From Octopus sinensis (taxonomy: Eukaryota), in NCBI RefSeq assembly GCF_006345805.1, contig NC_043024.1, forward strand, positions 13,144,001 to 13,208,000: DNA of 64,000 nucleotides, given 5' to 3'. Shown here one piece after another: positions 1-14,013 of the stretch. A program made the position numbers and the translations under genes. The notes beneath the pieces were generated by a model, which was not told the DNA's origin, did no database searches, and saw only the letters and a list, made by a program, of their open reading frames with translations. Each line of letters starts with the position of its first letter. Positions within the stretch are counted from its first letter, which is position 1.

Positions 1-290
1 ATAACACTGACGTCTTATTTTAACAGATATATTGATCAAAATTACATCATATCTTGAAAAACTAATGAGTAAATATGTTCAATAAAATCACCATTGGCTT
101 CAACCACGGCCTCCAGACGACCTCGAAGTCTCCTGCAACTCTTCTGGACAGTCTCCTTGTTTGAGTTGGTGAATGCTGCCATAACTCTTGCCTTAAGTTC
201 ATCTTTGGCGTTACAAGAAGTTTTGTTGGTCTCTCGCTCAACGGCACCCCACATATAATAATCAAGGGTGGTTGCAGTCTGGGGAATTAT
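1..290 (-). mobile_element. Tc1/mariner transposase C-terminal relic (frameshifted)
   Basis: Minus-strand translation SPDCN(H)P / LDYYMWGAVERETNK...DELKARVMAAF...RLEAVVEANGDFIE matches the SPDLNPLD-W and RLEAVVEA-G motifs at the end of Tc1-type DDE transposases; there is a 1-nt frameshift after DCN. Confidence 0.8.
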
Positions 291-1384
291 CAAATTCACT
301 CGTTATCAAATTCATTCGATATTTATCAGAGAACTGAATTATATTTGAAGTCACTTGCTGATGGTACCACATACTGAGACTGAACCCAAAACCAGGCGGT
401 TGCAGAGTGATCTTCGTAACCACACAACTGCGACTGCGTCTATAGAATTTACGAGTGAATCTTATACGTAGCAATACATAACGCAGTGCTGAGTCCAGAT
501 GAAAATTCCAGGAAATTTACCGATTTTGCTTTTGAATTATAAAAGAAGAATAGCGCTGAGAGTGTTGACGTAAGGTATTTTATTTATAGCAGATACTGCA
601 AAATGGTGGAGAGGCATATTTCTAAAGACATGGCTTTGTTACTGACAGATACAGGTGTCAACCAACTGTGGCATTAATATTATATTCTGTACATGTTGTC
701 CGGTGCTATTATTCATATATTGTACTAGATTATCTTGTACAGCCATCCTAAGAGCTAGAAATAGCAGCCAACTGTTGCTGGAATTTGATCTAAACTCCAT
801 TGAGTGTTTGGATTATGAATGAGTAAAACAATTGAATAGTGTGAACAACAGTTGTCAGCCAGGTAGACTGAAGGAAAAGAAACGAAGTGAAGTTGTATAG
901 AGATGAGAAACCAATATGTACAAGTTAAGTCTTCTAGAAAAAACAGCTAAATCTCAAGGTTTGCGGTGGCTCGTGGACTGAAGTGATGGACTAAGTAGAA
1001 GACAATATAATCATAGATAATTCTGAAATAAAGGGAGGGATAGTCATGGCTGGAATGTATAGGAATATTTGCTACTTTGGTGCAGATTCGTGGCTAGCAA
1101 GCAACTGCAAGAAAGACAACGACGACGAAAATGTATTCGGAAACAAGAGAGTGATTCATTGAGATAGCCTTTAACTGGTCCATAGCGTTACTAGAAATAA
1201 CAGTCACCTCCCTTTCAAGTAACAGGTCAGTGTATTATAAAGAGAAGAACACATATGGAAATACAGTTGTAGATATCTTTTACCTCCTATCTGTTATTTT
1301 TGACATAGTTCAGTCACTGGATTGTGGTCTGGAGTGGTTTGACCTAACAGATATCTCACAGTGTTTATTTTTATAAAATCTATA

Positions 1385-1630
1385 TTTATTCTATCGATTT
1401 CTTTTGCCGAACCACTAATGTTGCGCAGACAGTAGCAAACCAACATCGGTTGTCAAAGGGTTGGGGGTGGAAAACACAAAGATGCATATGTAATCCCCAT
1501 ACACATACAGGCACAGGTATACGAAGGTCTACCTCGCTGTTCCTGTCCAAATTCACTCAAGGAATTGGTCAGCCGATGAATACAACAGAAAACACTTGCT
1601 GAAGGTGGGTGCGAACCCGAGCTTTTAACC
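1385..1630 (-). mobile_element. Decayed family A SINE
   Basis: Reverse complement of family A motifs: ttctatcgatttcttttgccgaaccactaa, ccaacatcggttgtcaa, aaacacttgc. Confidence 0.5.
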
Positions 1631-1788
1631 TCGCGATACCAGAGGGCGCACACTCTCCTACCCTGATGTAATCTCCAGGGATACAGGCATCCAGCAACAG
1701 GACCTCCGTAATGCTATGATGGACCGTGAAGTCTGGCGTAACATAGTAAATCCCATTATCTTGACTACGGTCGAAAAATGATGATGAT
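1631..1788 (+). mobile_element. RTE-type LINE 3' end
   Basis: Open frame RGRTLSYPDVISRDTGIQQQDLRNAMMDREVWRNIV ends in a (TGA)3 tail; it resembles the post-RT C-terminus of RTE ORFs (DR..WR motif). Confidence 0.65.
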
Positions 1789-2255
1789 TTAACCTTAAAG
1801 CCACGCCTTTAAATAGAAACATACCTACAAAGAGGATTGGTTGTTATGTCTATATCTCCATACTCCATTGTGATGGTCATATCTGGAATATATTTGACAA
1901 TAGCCCTGGTAGTTCAGAGTGGACCTGTGGCTAAATATGAAACAATGAAAGCATCTTCAGACAATGGCAAATGTCTATGAGGTGAAGGAACTTAGATTAT
2001 AAAAGACGTAATCAACGTATTTTATGTGTCAACGTTTGGGTTTTTTCGCCATTGTTAAGGAAGAATAGTAACGTTGTTGTGTGGAATCATTCTTGTTTTA
2101 TTCTTGTCTCAATTCTACCAAACCAATGTGGTGGAATGGTGCAGAGAATCTCACAAATACTCCAGTTTTGAAATATCCAAACACACAACAGTAAAACCAA
2201 CAGCAACAATGCACCGAAAAAGAAGAACAACAACAACGACAAATAAATAAATAAA

Positions 2256-2288
<33 letters not shown>

Positions 2289-4337
2289 TATTCTTCATTA
2301 GGCATGAGGGTGCCGGATGAGAGGGTATTACAAGGACAAAGTAAAAGAAAAAAGCGAAACACAAAACTAACAGAAATAACCAGAAACTAACAAAAAAAGC
2401 AAAAAGGAAAAAAAATTGTGGGGAGTGGTTTGGTGGAATGGAGCATGAGAAAGCAGGCATGAAGAACACCAGTTTACACACAAATGAATAATAAAAGGGG
2501 AAACACAAAAGAAATAGAAAAAAAATTGATTTGGTCATATTTCAAATTTATGTTGGTCTTTGCAAAAATCAAATTTGTTCATTGACCTTAATATTTTTCG
2601 TTGTTTGCGTCGGTTGATGTTAAATTCTTTCATTATTATTATTATTATTATTTGTATTATTATTATTTGTATTTGTATTATTATTATTATTATTATTTTT
2701 ATTTGTATTTTTATTATTATTATTTGTATTTTTATCTTGTACATGTGTTTGTTGAATGGAATTTAGCAAAACTCGATAAAGCTACTGTGTCATAGTAATA
2801 TGGTAAAACAGTTATGGAACTTTATGCATCGAGTGCAGCAGAGCAGAATGTGCATCTAACGAAATACTTATCTTGCTAAACACAAATAAAAACCAGCAAC
2901 TGTCCTAAATTCGATAAAAATAAACAAAAACGGAGAGCAAAAAAAAAAAAACGAACAGAAAAGCAGACAAACGCATAAAATGAAACAAATAAAAAAGCCA
3001 GAGATGAAACAAAATATTATGGTTGGATGTTTGTTTTAGAAGCATGTTAATTCCGTTGCAGACAGTTTTCTATTTCTTCCTAAGTGAAGCAGGATAGGGC
3101 AACCATTCACTCGGAACTGATTCATGGTGACTCTATAGATGAAGCATCTTCCGCTGGAATAAAATTCTCTACAGCAGGATAGAGAGAGAAGTCGATGTGT
3201 CACTCATAGAGAGGTGGCTTTATCATATTGCCTCAGGTCGAGATACTTTTTTTTTTTTTGCAATGTGGCATTTCTTCCAGTTTATTATCCAGGTTGTCCG
3301 TGCGGATATCCATGTCGGTAGCCTAAGAGCGGGGGAAAAGGAGACGAAGTGTACGATCATCCTAGAAGGACATATTTACGGGGCGGAACGTTTGGGTGTG
3401 CCATCTAGGCCTGGATGGGCTGAAGACTCAAAGGGTGCCTCTGTGGCACAAACTCTGCTCTATATTGACCTTATTGATCCAGTTAACCCTGAGCCAGCAG
3501 AGGGTGTAAACCAGTGTTTTTCATTTAGAATGCCGGGTGCATCCATTCTAAATCAGTGGTGAGATGGTTTGAAATGATGGCAGATATATTGTAATAAAAG
3601 CAGTTTCCAGCTCCTTAATGTATCCATTAAGGCAATCAAACAAAATAGAAGTCAAATACTTTCTTTAATATTTGCAGAGGTCATGGTAGTTTGTCACTTT
3701 TGGAACCACTTCTGTAGGGGGGGGGGGTATACTGATGGAACCCCAGGGATTTTTCTCTCTTCTCTTCCCACGTAACCGATCGGCCAGACTGCACGCTCTT
3801 TTTGGGTCTGACCGCTGTCCAAACAACATCGATATTCTTCCCTGTGTTTGTGAAAATTCTGTATCTCTACCGTAAGGCTTCATTTCCACACACGCCAGCT
3901 GAATTCAATTCGTCCCCAGTCGAGAGAAACCTGTTGTTATGTCCTGTTATTACTATTTTTATTGTATTTATATTTGTGTAAGATTGACTGTATTTCCGAC
4001 CTTGTTTTTGTGTACATTCCATGCTTTCTTCTAAGGAATCTAATGCTTTTAGCTTAGTTTTTCCTTGGGGCTAGCGAGGTTGGAGCAATCTCAAGATTAA
4101 TCAGCCAAAATTGCGAGGATGATCTGGTTCTTGACTGAGGATAGCAAGCTTCGAATGGCCCGTCCTTGCTTTTTTGTATCGTCTATTTGGTTGTTTTGTT
4201 GTCCCTTTTTGTATCACCTAGTTGTCCGGATGTTTTGCGTTCTTGTCCCATTTTGTATTTCATTTTATTTTGTATATATATATATATATATATACAGAGA
4301 GAGAGAGAAAGAAATTAAGAGAGAAAAAGAAAGAGAG

Positions 4338-4383
<46 letters not shown>

Positions 4384-4529
4384 AAAGAAAAAAGATGAAA
4401 AATGACAGATTTGTTTTACAAGACTAAATAATATTTTAGAATCCTCATAGAATTATTATAAAATATGATATAAAATAAGAGTTTTCTTGAAAACTATTAG
4501 TACCTCAGTCGGTTGTGTATTTAATTTGA

Positions 4530-4571
<42 letters not shown>

Positions 4572-5603
4572 ATATATAGCAATATATATATATAAGCTGT
4601 AATGAATAGTAAGAAATATTTGTTGATAGAAAGATACGATACTGGTTTAGTGTGAAATCTATAATAACGAAAAAATGAGTGAAATATGTAAATTTAATTT
4701 CATATCTCAGTCTATCTGTTTTAGCGTATATGTCTGCATACGTGTGTGTATGTGTGTGTGTACGCGTGTGTGTGTGTGTGTGTGTGTGTGTAAACAAAGT
4801 AAGTGATAATGTTTCAATTACAATAATTTGTACCAAGTCGTAAACAGGAGCCTTAATTCCATTATTTCTTCGCAGTTTCGCGAAGAATAAAATACAGCCA
4901 GAAACACAAACACACCACGTATATGGAATCACGCAAGTCTTTTTACACACACAAAAACACACACGCACATACACACACGTATAAGCACATATAGACACAT
5001 ACAGATAAACATGTGCGTATATAACATAACGAATGAGGCAAACAAATAAAACCGTTTTTCCAAAATACTGACTTAATAATACACAAAACCACATTCATAT
5101 ATATAATGGCGGACGTAGAGAAGCGATATATCACTTTTAATACGTGTATACTTATCTCATTTGTGAGACAAAGGCAGAGTTATAAGTTGGTTAAAACTCC
5201 AACGCGGACGCATGCACACACACATAGAGACACACATGTAGGTTTTCACGTAGATTCTTGCGATACACGGAAAACTTGTGAAATACCTTGTAAATTCCTC
5301 GAAGCAATATGTGTGATTCTTTTAATTTGAGCATAGGAATAACAAAATAAATTATTTCATCCACTCACGCTCACTTGTGTGTGTGCGAATGTGTGTGTAT
5401 GTGTGTGTCTGTGTGTGCGTGCGTGTATGTATGTATATACAGACACACACACACACATATATACACACAGTTGAAATTTACAGGAAAACAAAACACGAAG
5501 ACAGGTGTATGAACAATATATATATATATGATGATGCATATCCTCTGTCAATTTCAAATTGTATATGAGTATAGGTGTATAGGTACTTGCCGATTTATAT
5601 ATA

Positions 5604-5674
<71 letters not shown>

Positions 5675-7986
5675 CGGCAAGTACTTCTCTATACACATAT
5701 ACATACACAGGTACACACATAAACACAAACTCATCTAAAAATATAGATATGAGAGGACAATATATGTATAGATAAATATAATTTTACATACGCCATATGT
5801 ATATATGTGTGTGTGTGTGTGTGTATGTATAAATATACTTTGTGCGTGTTTACCCCCCCCCCTCTCTCTTGGCATATATATATATACTAAAGTAGGAAAA
5901 GAGAGGACGAAAGAAAAAAGGTGTGAGATTTTATATCATTATATATTAACAATGTGTGTGCGTATGTCTGTATAAATGTATAGAAAAATATATTTAAGTA
6001 TATAAAATCTGCTTTATATACATATACGTGTGTGTGTTTGTGTGTGTGTGTCACTGTGTGTATACGTTCAACGTCGAGAACAGGTTAGCTTCCGGCTCAT
6101 GAAATTTCCACCGAAGGCATTTTCTTTAAGTACGAGTGAGTGTATCAAAAGTGTTTGCGTGTGTGTGAAGTGCTTACAAATGTATAGATGTCTGTCTCTA
6201 TATATATATGTTTGTATATATGTGTGGGTGTGTGTGTTGTGTGTATATACATATATATACATACGCGTATGTGAGTGTGTGTATGTGAATGTGTGTATGT
6301 GCATAAGTACACGCACACGTATATGTAAGTTATGTGTGTATATATATATGTGAATAAAGTTATATGTTGATGAGGACTAGTTATATGTTGATGAGGACTG
6401 GTGATTGTTATTATTATTATTATTATTATTGTTTCCATCATCATCATCACAATGACCACCACCATTATCAACATCATTAGTGTTGTAACTATTATCATCA
6501 TCATTATTATTATTATTATTGTCATTATTATTATTATTATTATTATTTTTATATTGGTGACAATGATGTTAAGTATATTTGACATGCTCACGGAAAGGAA
6601 AACGAGTTACAAGTATTTCCCTGCTTCTGTTTCTTGCTTTAGGCGGGAAAAAAAATCCCAGGAAGCGTAAAATGGCTTAGCGAAACCTCAAGAGATTTTA
6701 AACAAATATACAAGTACTGAATTAAATAACGAGAAAGTAATAAAAACTATAATTTTAATGAGAAGGACAACAGCAGCAGCAATAGTAATAGTAGTAGTAG
6801 TAACAGCAACACTAATAACAACATCGCATAAATGTTAACTCATTGTATGCCAGTATGCTATGGCGATGAATTCCTATGTCAAAGAAGTAGATATATTGAT
6901 GTAGAACCAATCACGATATATTGAGTTGAATGGATGTAGGAAGCCCTCATAAGGCACCAAAGATCATTTGGCCGTTGAGAACATGTCAATGAAGAATTGC
7001 AAGCGACGACAAAGGAATCTTTTCGCGGCATGGGTCGACTACAGAGATACTTACCACTTGGATCATTAATTCACTTGTGTTTGATACAATTGAACACTTC
7101 GGCAAAACCCTTAGTGTTTATATATACTATTTGATAAATAATATGGAACGAATGTGGTGAGTGTGCCCGTAAAAGGGTGTGTATTCAAGGGTGATTCCTC
7201 CACCATCTTTTATATTCATCATCTGCTTTTCGCATGTCAACAGTACTTAGAAAAGATCCACAGGGTCCGCACACAAGGAAGATAATCCTCTTCACCAAGC
7301 AATCAATTATTTTTGCGATGACTTAACCCTTTATCGCTGAGAATACCCAGATTGATTTGAAGCGAGTATTATCTTACAGCTTCAAGATTTCAATAATGTA
7401 ATGGTTTATGAATCAGAATGGTAGGCCAGAGGTTTCGAGGTGGCAAAAGTATCATCGTTTCCGATACAGCAACTGGAGAATAAAAAATCAGAAACACTAC
7501 TTTGCGAAAATTGAAGAAATAATTGCAATGGAACTTGGGCTTCCTTCTTTTGAATTTGAAGAGACGAGACAATATCAAAGTAGAATAATTTGTAAAAGAA
7601 AGGTGGCAATAGAAATGCAGTAATGAAGAGAATTTCACGAAGACAACAAAAATTTGGAAGTGCATGACTTATCGTGAGAGTGGCTCAGAAATGGAGATTT
7701 AAAGAGGGAAACACAGATCGTTGAATTTTTCTCGAAATCTTAATACCAATTCAGGAGGTAAAAGAATTTATTCCACGGCGTCAACGAATGGGTGTCCCTT
7801 TTGTAATTTGCTGGTAGAAAATAATGTGTAGGCTTCTAAATGTTATTGGTTAAAGCGACATCATGATCCGGTTTATTTCATTTTATACTGGTCACTGTGT
7901 TAACATCATGTACACTTCATCCAAATGCTACAATCATCGACAAGAAACCGGTTGAGTTTAACTAATCTCATTGAGATTTTCACATC

Positions 7987-8062
<76 letters not shown>

Positions 8063-8068
8063 GAGAGG

Positions 8069-8106
<38 letters not shown>

Positions 8107-8294
8107 TTGAAGGAGAGATGCCTGTATGATTTAGATGCGAACTACTGCAAGTTTCATGCCTCTGGAAACAAAATATGCGTAAAAGGTTACTGTATAGTGC
8201 GTTGCCTCATACTGGCAATCATACACACAAACACACACATATATATATATATATATATAAATACATATACACACATATACATACATATACACAC

Positions 8295-8325
<31 letters not shown>

Positions 8326-8945
8326 CACACACATGCGCACACACGTACACACATACAAACATACACACATACATATACACATACATACACATACACACAT
8401 ATATACCTATACACATATATACATACATACATATATAATTTAGAGAGAAATCTCTATTAAGCAATTCAATGGTGAAAGACTTTATTCACACGAAATAGAA
8501 AAAAATATATATTATAAAAAAACTTATTCTAGAAATCAATAAAGTACATAAACAATAAATAGCAAATGGTAGTAATAAATATAAATACACATACACGTAC
8601 ACATGGACGCACAAGCCTCCATACCCATATATACCTACACAAATACATACACATATATATACACATATACACACACATATATATACACATATACACACAC
8701 ATATACATACACAAATACATACACAAATACATACATACATAAATACATAATACATATATAAATACATACACAAATGTATACATAAATACATACATAAATA
8801 CAAACATATATAAATACATGCACATTCATACAAGTGATTCATTGAATATAGTGATTAACTGAACGTAATTAAGCGTTCAATTAATCACTATACATGTCCA
8901 TCATATTCTGTTAAAATGTCTAATTGATGAGTTTCATTTCTTCAT

Positions 8946-9030
8946 TTCCCGGAAGAGAAGATTACATCGTTTTACACAATTTTATTCCTTTGGAATAATA
9001 CCAGTGATATCTTCGAAACATGTGTCGGAA
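8946..9030 (+). ncRNA. Minimal type I hammerhead ribozyme-like motif (one core mismatch)
   Basis: Stem I ttcc/ggaa; core CGGAAGA (consensus CUGANGA); stem II gaagat/atcttc; GAAAC; short stem III ac-atgt-gt; GUC site ending at 9026. Confidence 0.6.
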
Positions 9031-9411
9031 GTAAATGTATTTGAATAACACTTGCGTTTAACTCCATTCATTCATTTATATATATTCTACAAGATATTTT
9101 ACGTAAACTCGCAGTTTCTACCTTTAAAAAGAAGGTGTTACCCCCTTTTTACTTGTACGATCTTTTGCTACCCTGGTAACTATTTATTTTTCTATGTGAA
9201 TTGTTAACAAGGGAAAAATACACAAATCTATTTATATATACATACTTACATATATACACGCACGCACACACACACATGCATACACGCGTGCACACACACG
9301 TACACAGTACACACATGTACACACATACACACACACATACATGCATATATATACATATGGACATACACGTATGCATACACGTATCTATACATACCTACAT
9401 ACACACATACA

Positions 9412-9455
<44 letters not shown>

Positions 9456-9622
9456 CAAACAAACATGCATATACATACATACAAGCAAACACAGATACAT
9501 ACAAACATGCACACATACACACACATATATATATATACATATATATGCATACATATCTATATATATATACATACATATCTGTATATACATACACATATTT
9601 ATATATACATATCTATCTATCT

Positions 9623-9670
<48 letters not shown>

Positions 9671-9726
9671 CCAGACAGACAGACAGACAGACAGACATAC
9701 ATACAGACAGATGGATAGAGGGATAG

Positions 9727-9778
<52 letters not shown>

Positions 9779-10369
9779 AGTCGTAAATATATAGACAGTT
9801 TGATAAATAAGTCGCTAAGTAGGTAGGTAGACGGACAGATGAATTGGTTGATAGGTAATATGATAGAAAAAACTGAGGTTTTACACCTGACAACATTGTG
9901 ATAGCTAAAAGTATTTTACCATTAAAGTATTTCATAAGACTTCATCATTGTCTATTCCGACTGTTTGGAGAATTTTTTTAAAAAACAAAATCCATTTCTG
10001 ATTAAGGTCCCAAGCTTTTACATTGTTTAGCTGAGTTACTTCCCCTTAACTAGTTCCATTCATGAAGGAAAAAAAATCAATTAATGTGAAAAGTAAAATG
10101 AAGAAGAAACGAAATATAAAAGATCAGAATGAGAACAAATATGGAGGTATATGTGTTTGATACATCGCTAATAATGGAAATACGGTTGAGGTATGAACGT
10201 ATTAGCAATGAGGCGGGTGAGATAAGGGTGGGAGGATTACGAAATGGAATACAGAATAGGAATTCAAAATGAATGAAAGCCAATCTGCGTTCAAGTTTCA
10301 ACACGTGGACATCTGTGTGTGTGTGTATATATAAATTCATACATACACGCACACACTCGTGTGTGCAGC

Positions 10370-10400
<31 letters not shown>

Positions 10401-10404
10401 ACGT

Positions 10405-10443
<39 letters not shown>

Positions 10444-11238
10444 GTGTGCGTCTGTGTGTGTGTATAAGTATATTTGCAGACAAATTTTCATCGGGTAATT
10501 AAATTATTTTTATATTAGAAAATAAATGACTTGATTAAAACGGTTTAATCTTCTATGAATTAATTATTTTCTGCTAGTTATTATTTAAACTATTTTCATT
10601 ATACTAAATCGTCTTCCATCGTTTTCGCTTAATATCTTTAATTCGGATATATATATGTTTCGTAATTGTCTAATTGTTTTTGAACTAATTCGCTTATTGA
10701 ACTAATTCGCTATTAGCATTTCTATTGCATTGCGTAATAAACGATCTTATTAATTTATTTGTTTATTAATTATATGTTTCCACTTTTTTCCATTGTTATA
10801 TTCTGAGAGTAAATTTTTTTTTCGGGGTCAGTTTGACTTTCGTTCTTCTGTGTGTCCATAATATAAGTAGCAGCCAAATACCGAGTTTGATGTTATCGAC
10901 TACATACAATCCTGAAAAATCTCGGATGAAATACTCTGAACGTATCGAGCCTTTTCCGACAGGTGCATGATTGAAACTGAGGCAGTGGAAAGGTCCGGCA
11001 TTTTTGGCCCCCGGACCATATCCCTATCGGAGCAGAGATTACTATCTGGAAGTGCGAGCTCCGTAAGTCAGAGACGCTGATCCAGCGAATTTCCCACGCC
11101 ATCCTCGGAGACAACGGCTTTTCCATTTGGTCTGCCGGTGCTGTAGGGTTCCACCTTCCTTATTCCTCTTCTCTTTGAAATAATTCAGAGAATTATTTCA
11201 ACAAGTTCAGCGTTCACGTCAGTCAGTATTCATATTGT

Positions 11239-11470
11239 AGTTCTATATGGCGTAGTGGTTACGAGCGCGGGTTACTAACCCTAAGATTCCGAGTTCGATT
11301 CTAGGGGGTGACCTAAATAATAATAACAACAACATCGAAAAATACCTTAGGAATGAGAACCCAGCTTCGAAATTTCCCCCAAAACACCTGATGAAGGCTG
11401 GAGGGTATATCAGATGAAACGTTGTGTTAACAACAAGATGAGGGCAAATATCCGTCAAATGTAAATAAGC
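11239..11470 (+). mobile_element. Family E SINE: tRNA-derived head plus hammerhead-bearing tail
   Basis: A box tggcgtagtgg (11248), B box gttcgattc (11293), HHR at 11383-11428; flanked by the direct repeat attcatattgt (11228-11238 and 11471-11481). Confidence 0.75.
11383..11428 (+). ncRNA. Minimal type I hammerhead ribozyme motif
   Basis: Stem I aacac/gtgtt perfect; core CTGATGA; stem II ggctg/cagat (damaged at its base); GAAAC; palindromic AACGTT stem III; GUU site. Confidence 0.65.
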
Positions 11471-11574
11471 ATTCATATTGTTCTCTATGGTTCTGTTTCA
11501 GTGTCACTTATAACCTTTTATAATTTTCTTGTGTAAGTCACTGAACTGAGGCCATACTCGAACACCGTCCCCAG

Positions 11575-11908
11575 TATTTACATTTCTATATTTGGCCCAT
11601 ATTTTATCAACCTCTTTTGTTGAACCTCCAAGTTACACGGACGTAAATGAACCACGTAAACAATATTTTTTTCCATTGCAGAAATGGAAAAAGGAACAAT
11701 ACATACAAAGACACATTTATAAACACACACACACGTGTGTGTGTGTGTGTGTGTGTGACTAACTTCAGTTTCCGTCTACCAGATCTAATAACAAAGCTTT
11801 GGTCACTTGGAAGCAACAGAAGACATTTGCCCAATAAGCCGTGCAGTGGGATTGAACCCAGAGCAAACTATTTACAAAGCGAGCTTCTAAACCAAACATG
11901 CTTGCCTT
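11575..11908 (-). mobile_element. Decayed family A SINE
   Basis: cttcagtttccgtctaccagatc...gaagacatttgcccaa...gcagtgggattgaaccc is the reverse complement of the family A head; internal (CA/GT)n present. Confidence 0.65.
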
Positions 11909-12150
11909 TGAAGAGGAAGAGCATCATTAATTAACTGTGCAATGATAGTTTGGTCGGTGGAGCATCGGGCACAACATTTTGTTCTGTTTCTGCCTTTCAT
12001 ATGCTGAGCTGAAATCAACCTTGGGTCGGGTTTTACCGACATTTTTTAACGGTCTATAAAATTAAATTACCAGTGAAATTCTGGATAGAAATATTAGCAG
12101 GGAAAGTTAATTGATTAATTCATTAACAATTATTATTGTCATGTGTGTAT

Positions 12151-12462
12151 GAGACCCCTTCGGTCATGACTGACCATGGGATTGCACATAGAATGTTACC
12201 CTCCCAGGCACATGGTCGGGCAAGGTTGTTTATGCATACCGGCCTCCCCTCTCCACGGCACCAGTATTATCCAAAGGAAAGGCAAAGGCCAATACAGCTT
12301 GGCACCTGTGACGTCGCAACTCATTTCTACAGCTGAGTGAACTGGAGCAACGTGAAATAAAGTGTCTTGCTCAAGAACACAACACGCAACCCGGTCCGCG
12401 ATTCGAACTCGCAACCTCACGATCGTAAGCTCGACGCTCTAACCACTGAGCCATGCGCCTTC
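12151..12462 (-). mobile_element. Family D SINE, full length (tRNA-Arg-like head, CORE-like centre)
   Basis: Minus strand reads ggcgcatggctcagtggttagagcgtcgagcttacgatcgtgagg...gttcgaatc (A/B boxes, ACG-type loop), then gtgttcttgagcaagacactttatttcacgttgctccag; homologues at 19571 and 39735. Confidence 0.85.
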
Positions 12463-12592
12463 CCATTGCGTGTATGATAAGTAAACTAAAATGAAAATTT
12501 ACTGCGGTATTCGCTGATAAGAGGTATCTCCTATGGACGTGCAGTGTTTCAGAAACAGAATTCATGGGAAGCAGACCAAACGTGTATGCAGC

Positions 12593-12753
12593 AGGGCTCT
12601 TTCCGTGTCCGTCTACCAAGTTCACACACAAAATTTTGTTCTCGCTGAGGCTATACCAGAAGACTCTTGCGCAAGGTACCACGCAGAGGTACTGAACCCG
12701 GAACCATGTGGTTTGGAAGCCAAATCTTTACCACAAAACAACGCCTGCGCCTA
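12593..12753 (-). mobile_element. Family A SINE 5' half
   Basis: ccgtctaccaagttcacac...actgaacccggaaccatgtggtttggaagc matches the family A head. Confidence 0.7.
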
Positions 12754-13610
12754 AATATTGATGTATGTAAAGCTGCACTGACTTTAACGAGCGTTTTGTT
12801 AATACCGCAGAGATTTAGTCATCGTCTCTTCTTTCGCTAATGATATACTAAAACAGTGAATGAACAACCCTGGGTTGTAAAAAGCTACCCGTCTGAATAA
12901 GCCGTTCTCTTTTTGTTTCCATTTTCTCTTGTCATTCTTTCTTCCAATCTATGCCTCTCTTTGTCTCTCTTCCTCTACTTTCCTCTCACTCACACGGTTG
13001 GAGTCTTGTGCAATAAGCAGAACATCGTTCAACAAAACATCGCCGAGTGTTAAGCTTATCACGTTTTGCATTCTGACGTCGCAATCCCGCTGAGGTAAAA
13101 AAGCGTCGGTTTCTCTCTTTGTGTCAGGTTAAATATATTACTAATTAAATATTGCTGGAGATACCGATATAATCGATTTATCTTTTCCTAATTATTACCT
13201 CTGTGACAACATCATAATTCTGTCATCTCATATATAATTGGTGGCCTAATTAGAAGGTAGGATAGAATCCCTCGCGACAGAAATTCAATATCTATCCAGA
13301 TCAATGTGCTTTTTAAAAAGCAAAGGAATGGTTTTGTGGTAAGAATCTTTTGGTTTGTTTCCTAATCACAGAGTCGTGATTTCTCTCTCGCTCAGCGGCA
13401 TCTTGGGGCAGGTCTCTTTTTCTATAACCACGGTTCGATCAAACACGAAAAGGTGCTGAAAATATCCTCGCTTACAGAGTGTCGCGAAAGACCTCGTTAG
13501 ACGCTCGATACTTTCGAGTCATTTTACAGGGTTTAGAAAACCTGAAGGAGCAGTGCATTAAGGGCGTGAACGTGAAAGGGGAATATGCTGAATAAAATCA
13601 TAATTAAATC

Positions 13611-14013
13611 AGGCACGGGAGTGGCTGTGTGGTAAGTAGCTTGCTTACCAACCACATGGTTCCGGGTTCAGTCCCACTGCGTGGCACCTTCGGCAAGTGT
13701 CTTCTACTATAGCCTCAGGCCGACCAAAGCCTTGTGAGTGGATTTGGTAGACGGAAACTGAAAAGAAGCCCGTCGTATGTATGTATATATATATGTATGT
13801 GCGTGTATGTTTGTGTGTCTGTGTTTGTCCCCCTAGCATTGCTTGACAACCGATGCTGGTGTGTTTACGTCCCCGTGACTTGGCGGTTCGGCAAAAGAGA
13901 CCGATAGAATAAGTACTGGGCTTACAAAGAATAAGTCCCGGAGTCGATTAGCTCGAGTAAAGGCGGTGCTCCAGCATGGCCGCAGTCAAATGACTGAAAC
14001 GAGTAAAAGAGTA
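13611..14013 (+). mobile_element. Family A SINE, full length
   Basis: A box tggctgtgtggtaag, B box ggttcagtcc, CORE/V-like caccttcggcaagtgtctt, internal (AT/GT)n, 3' end gcagtcaaatgactgaaacgagtaaaagagta; near-identical to 22643-23037. Confidence 0.9.

Noticed and set aside
751-766. agagctagaaatagca, a 16-nt match to the Cas9 sgRNA scaffold
   Set aside because: Flanks do not match the scaffold, and the motif (c/t)tagaaatagcag is a dispersed repeat seen again near 924, 1187, 29265, 40612 and 55980; coincidence.
11248-11301. tRNA-like sequences here and at the heads of SINE families A-D
   Set aside because: A/B boxes are present but acceptor stems are not closed and each continues into a repeat body; these are SINE heads, not tRNA genes.
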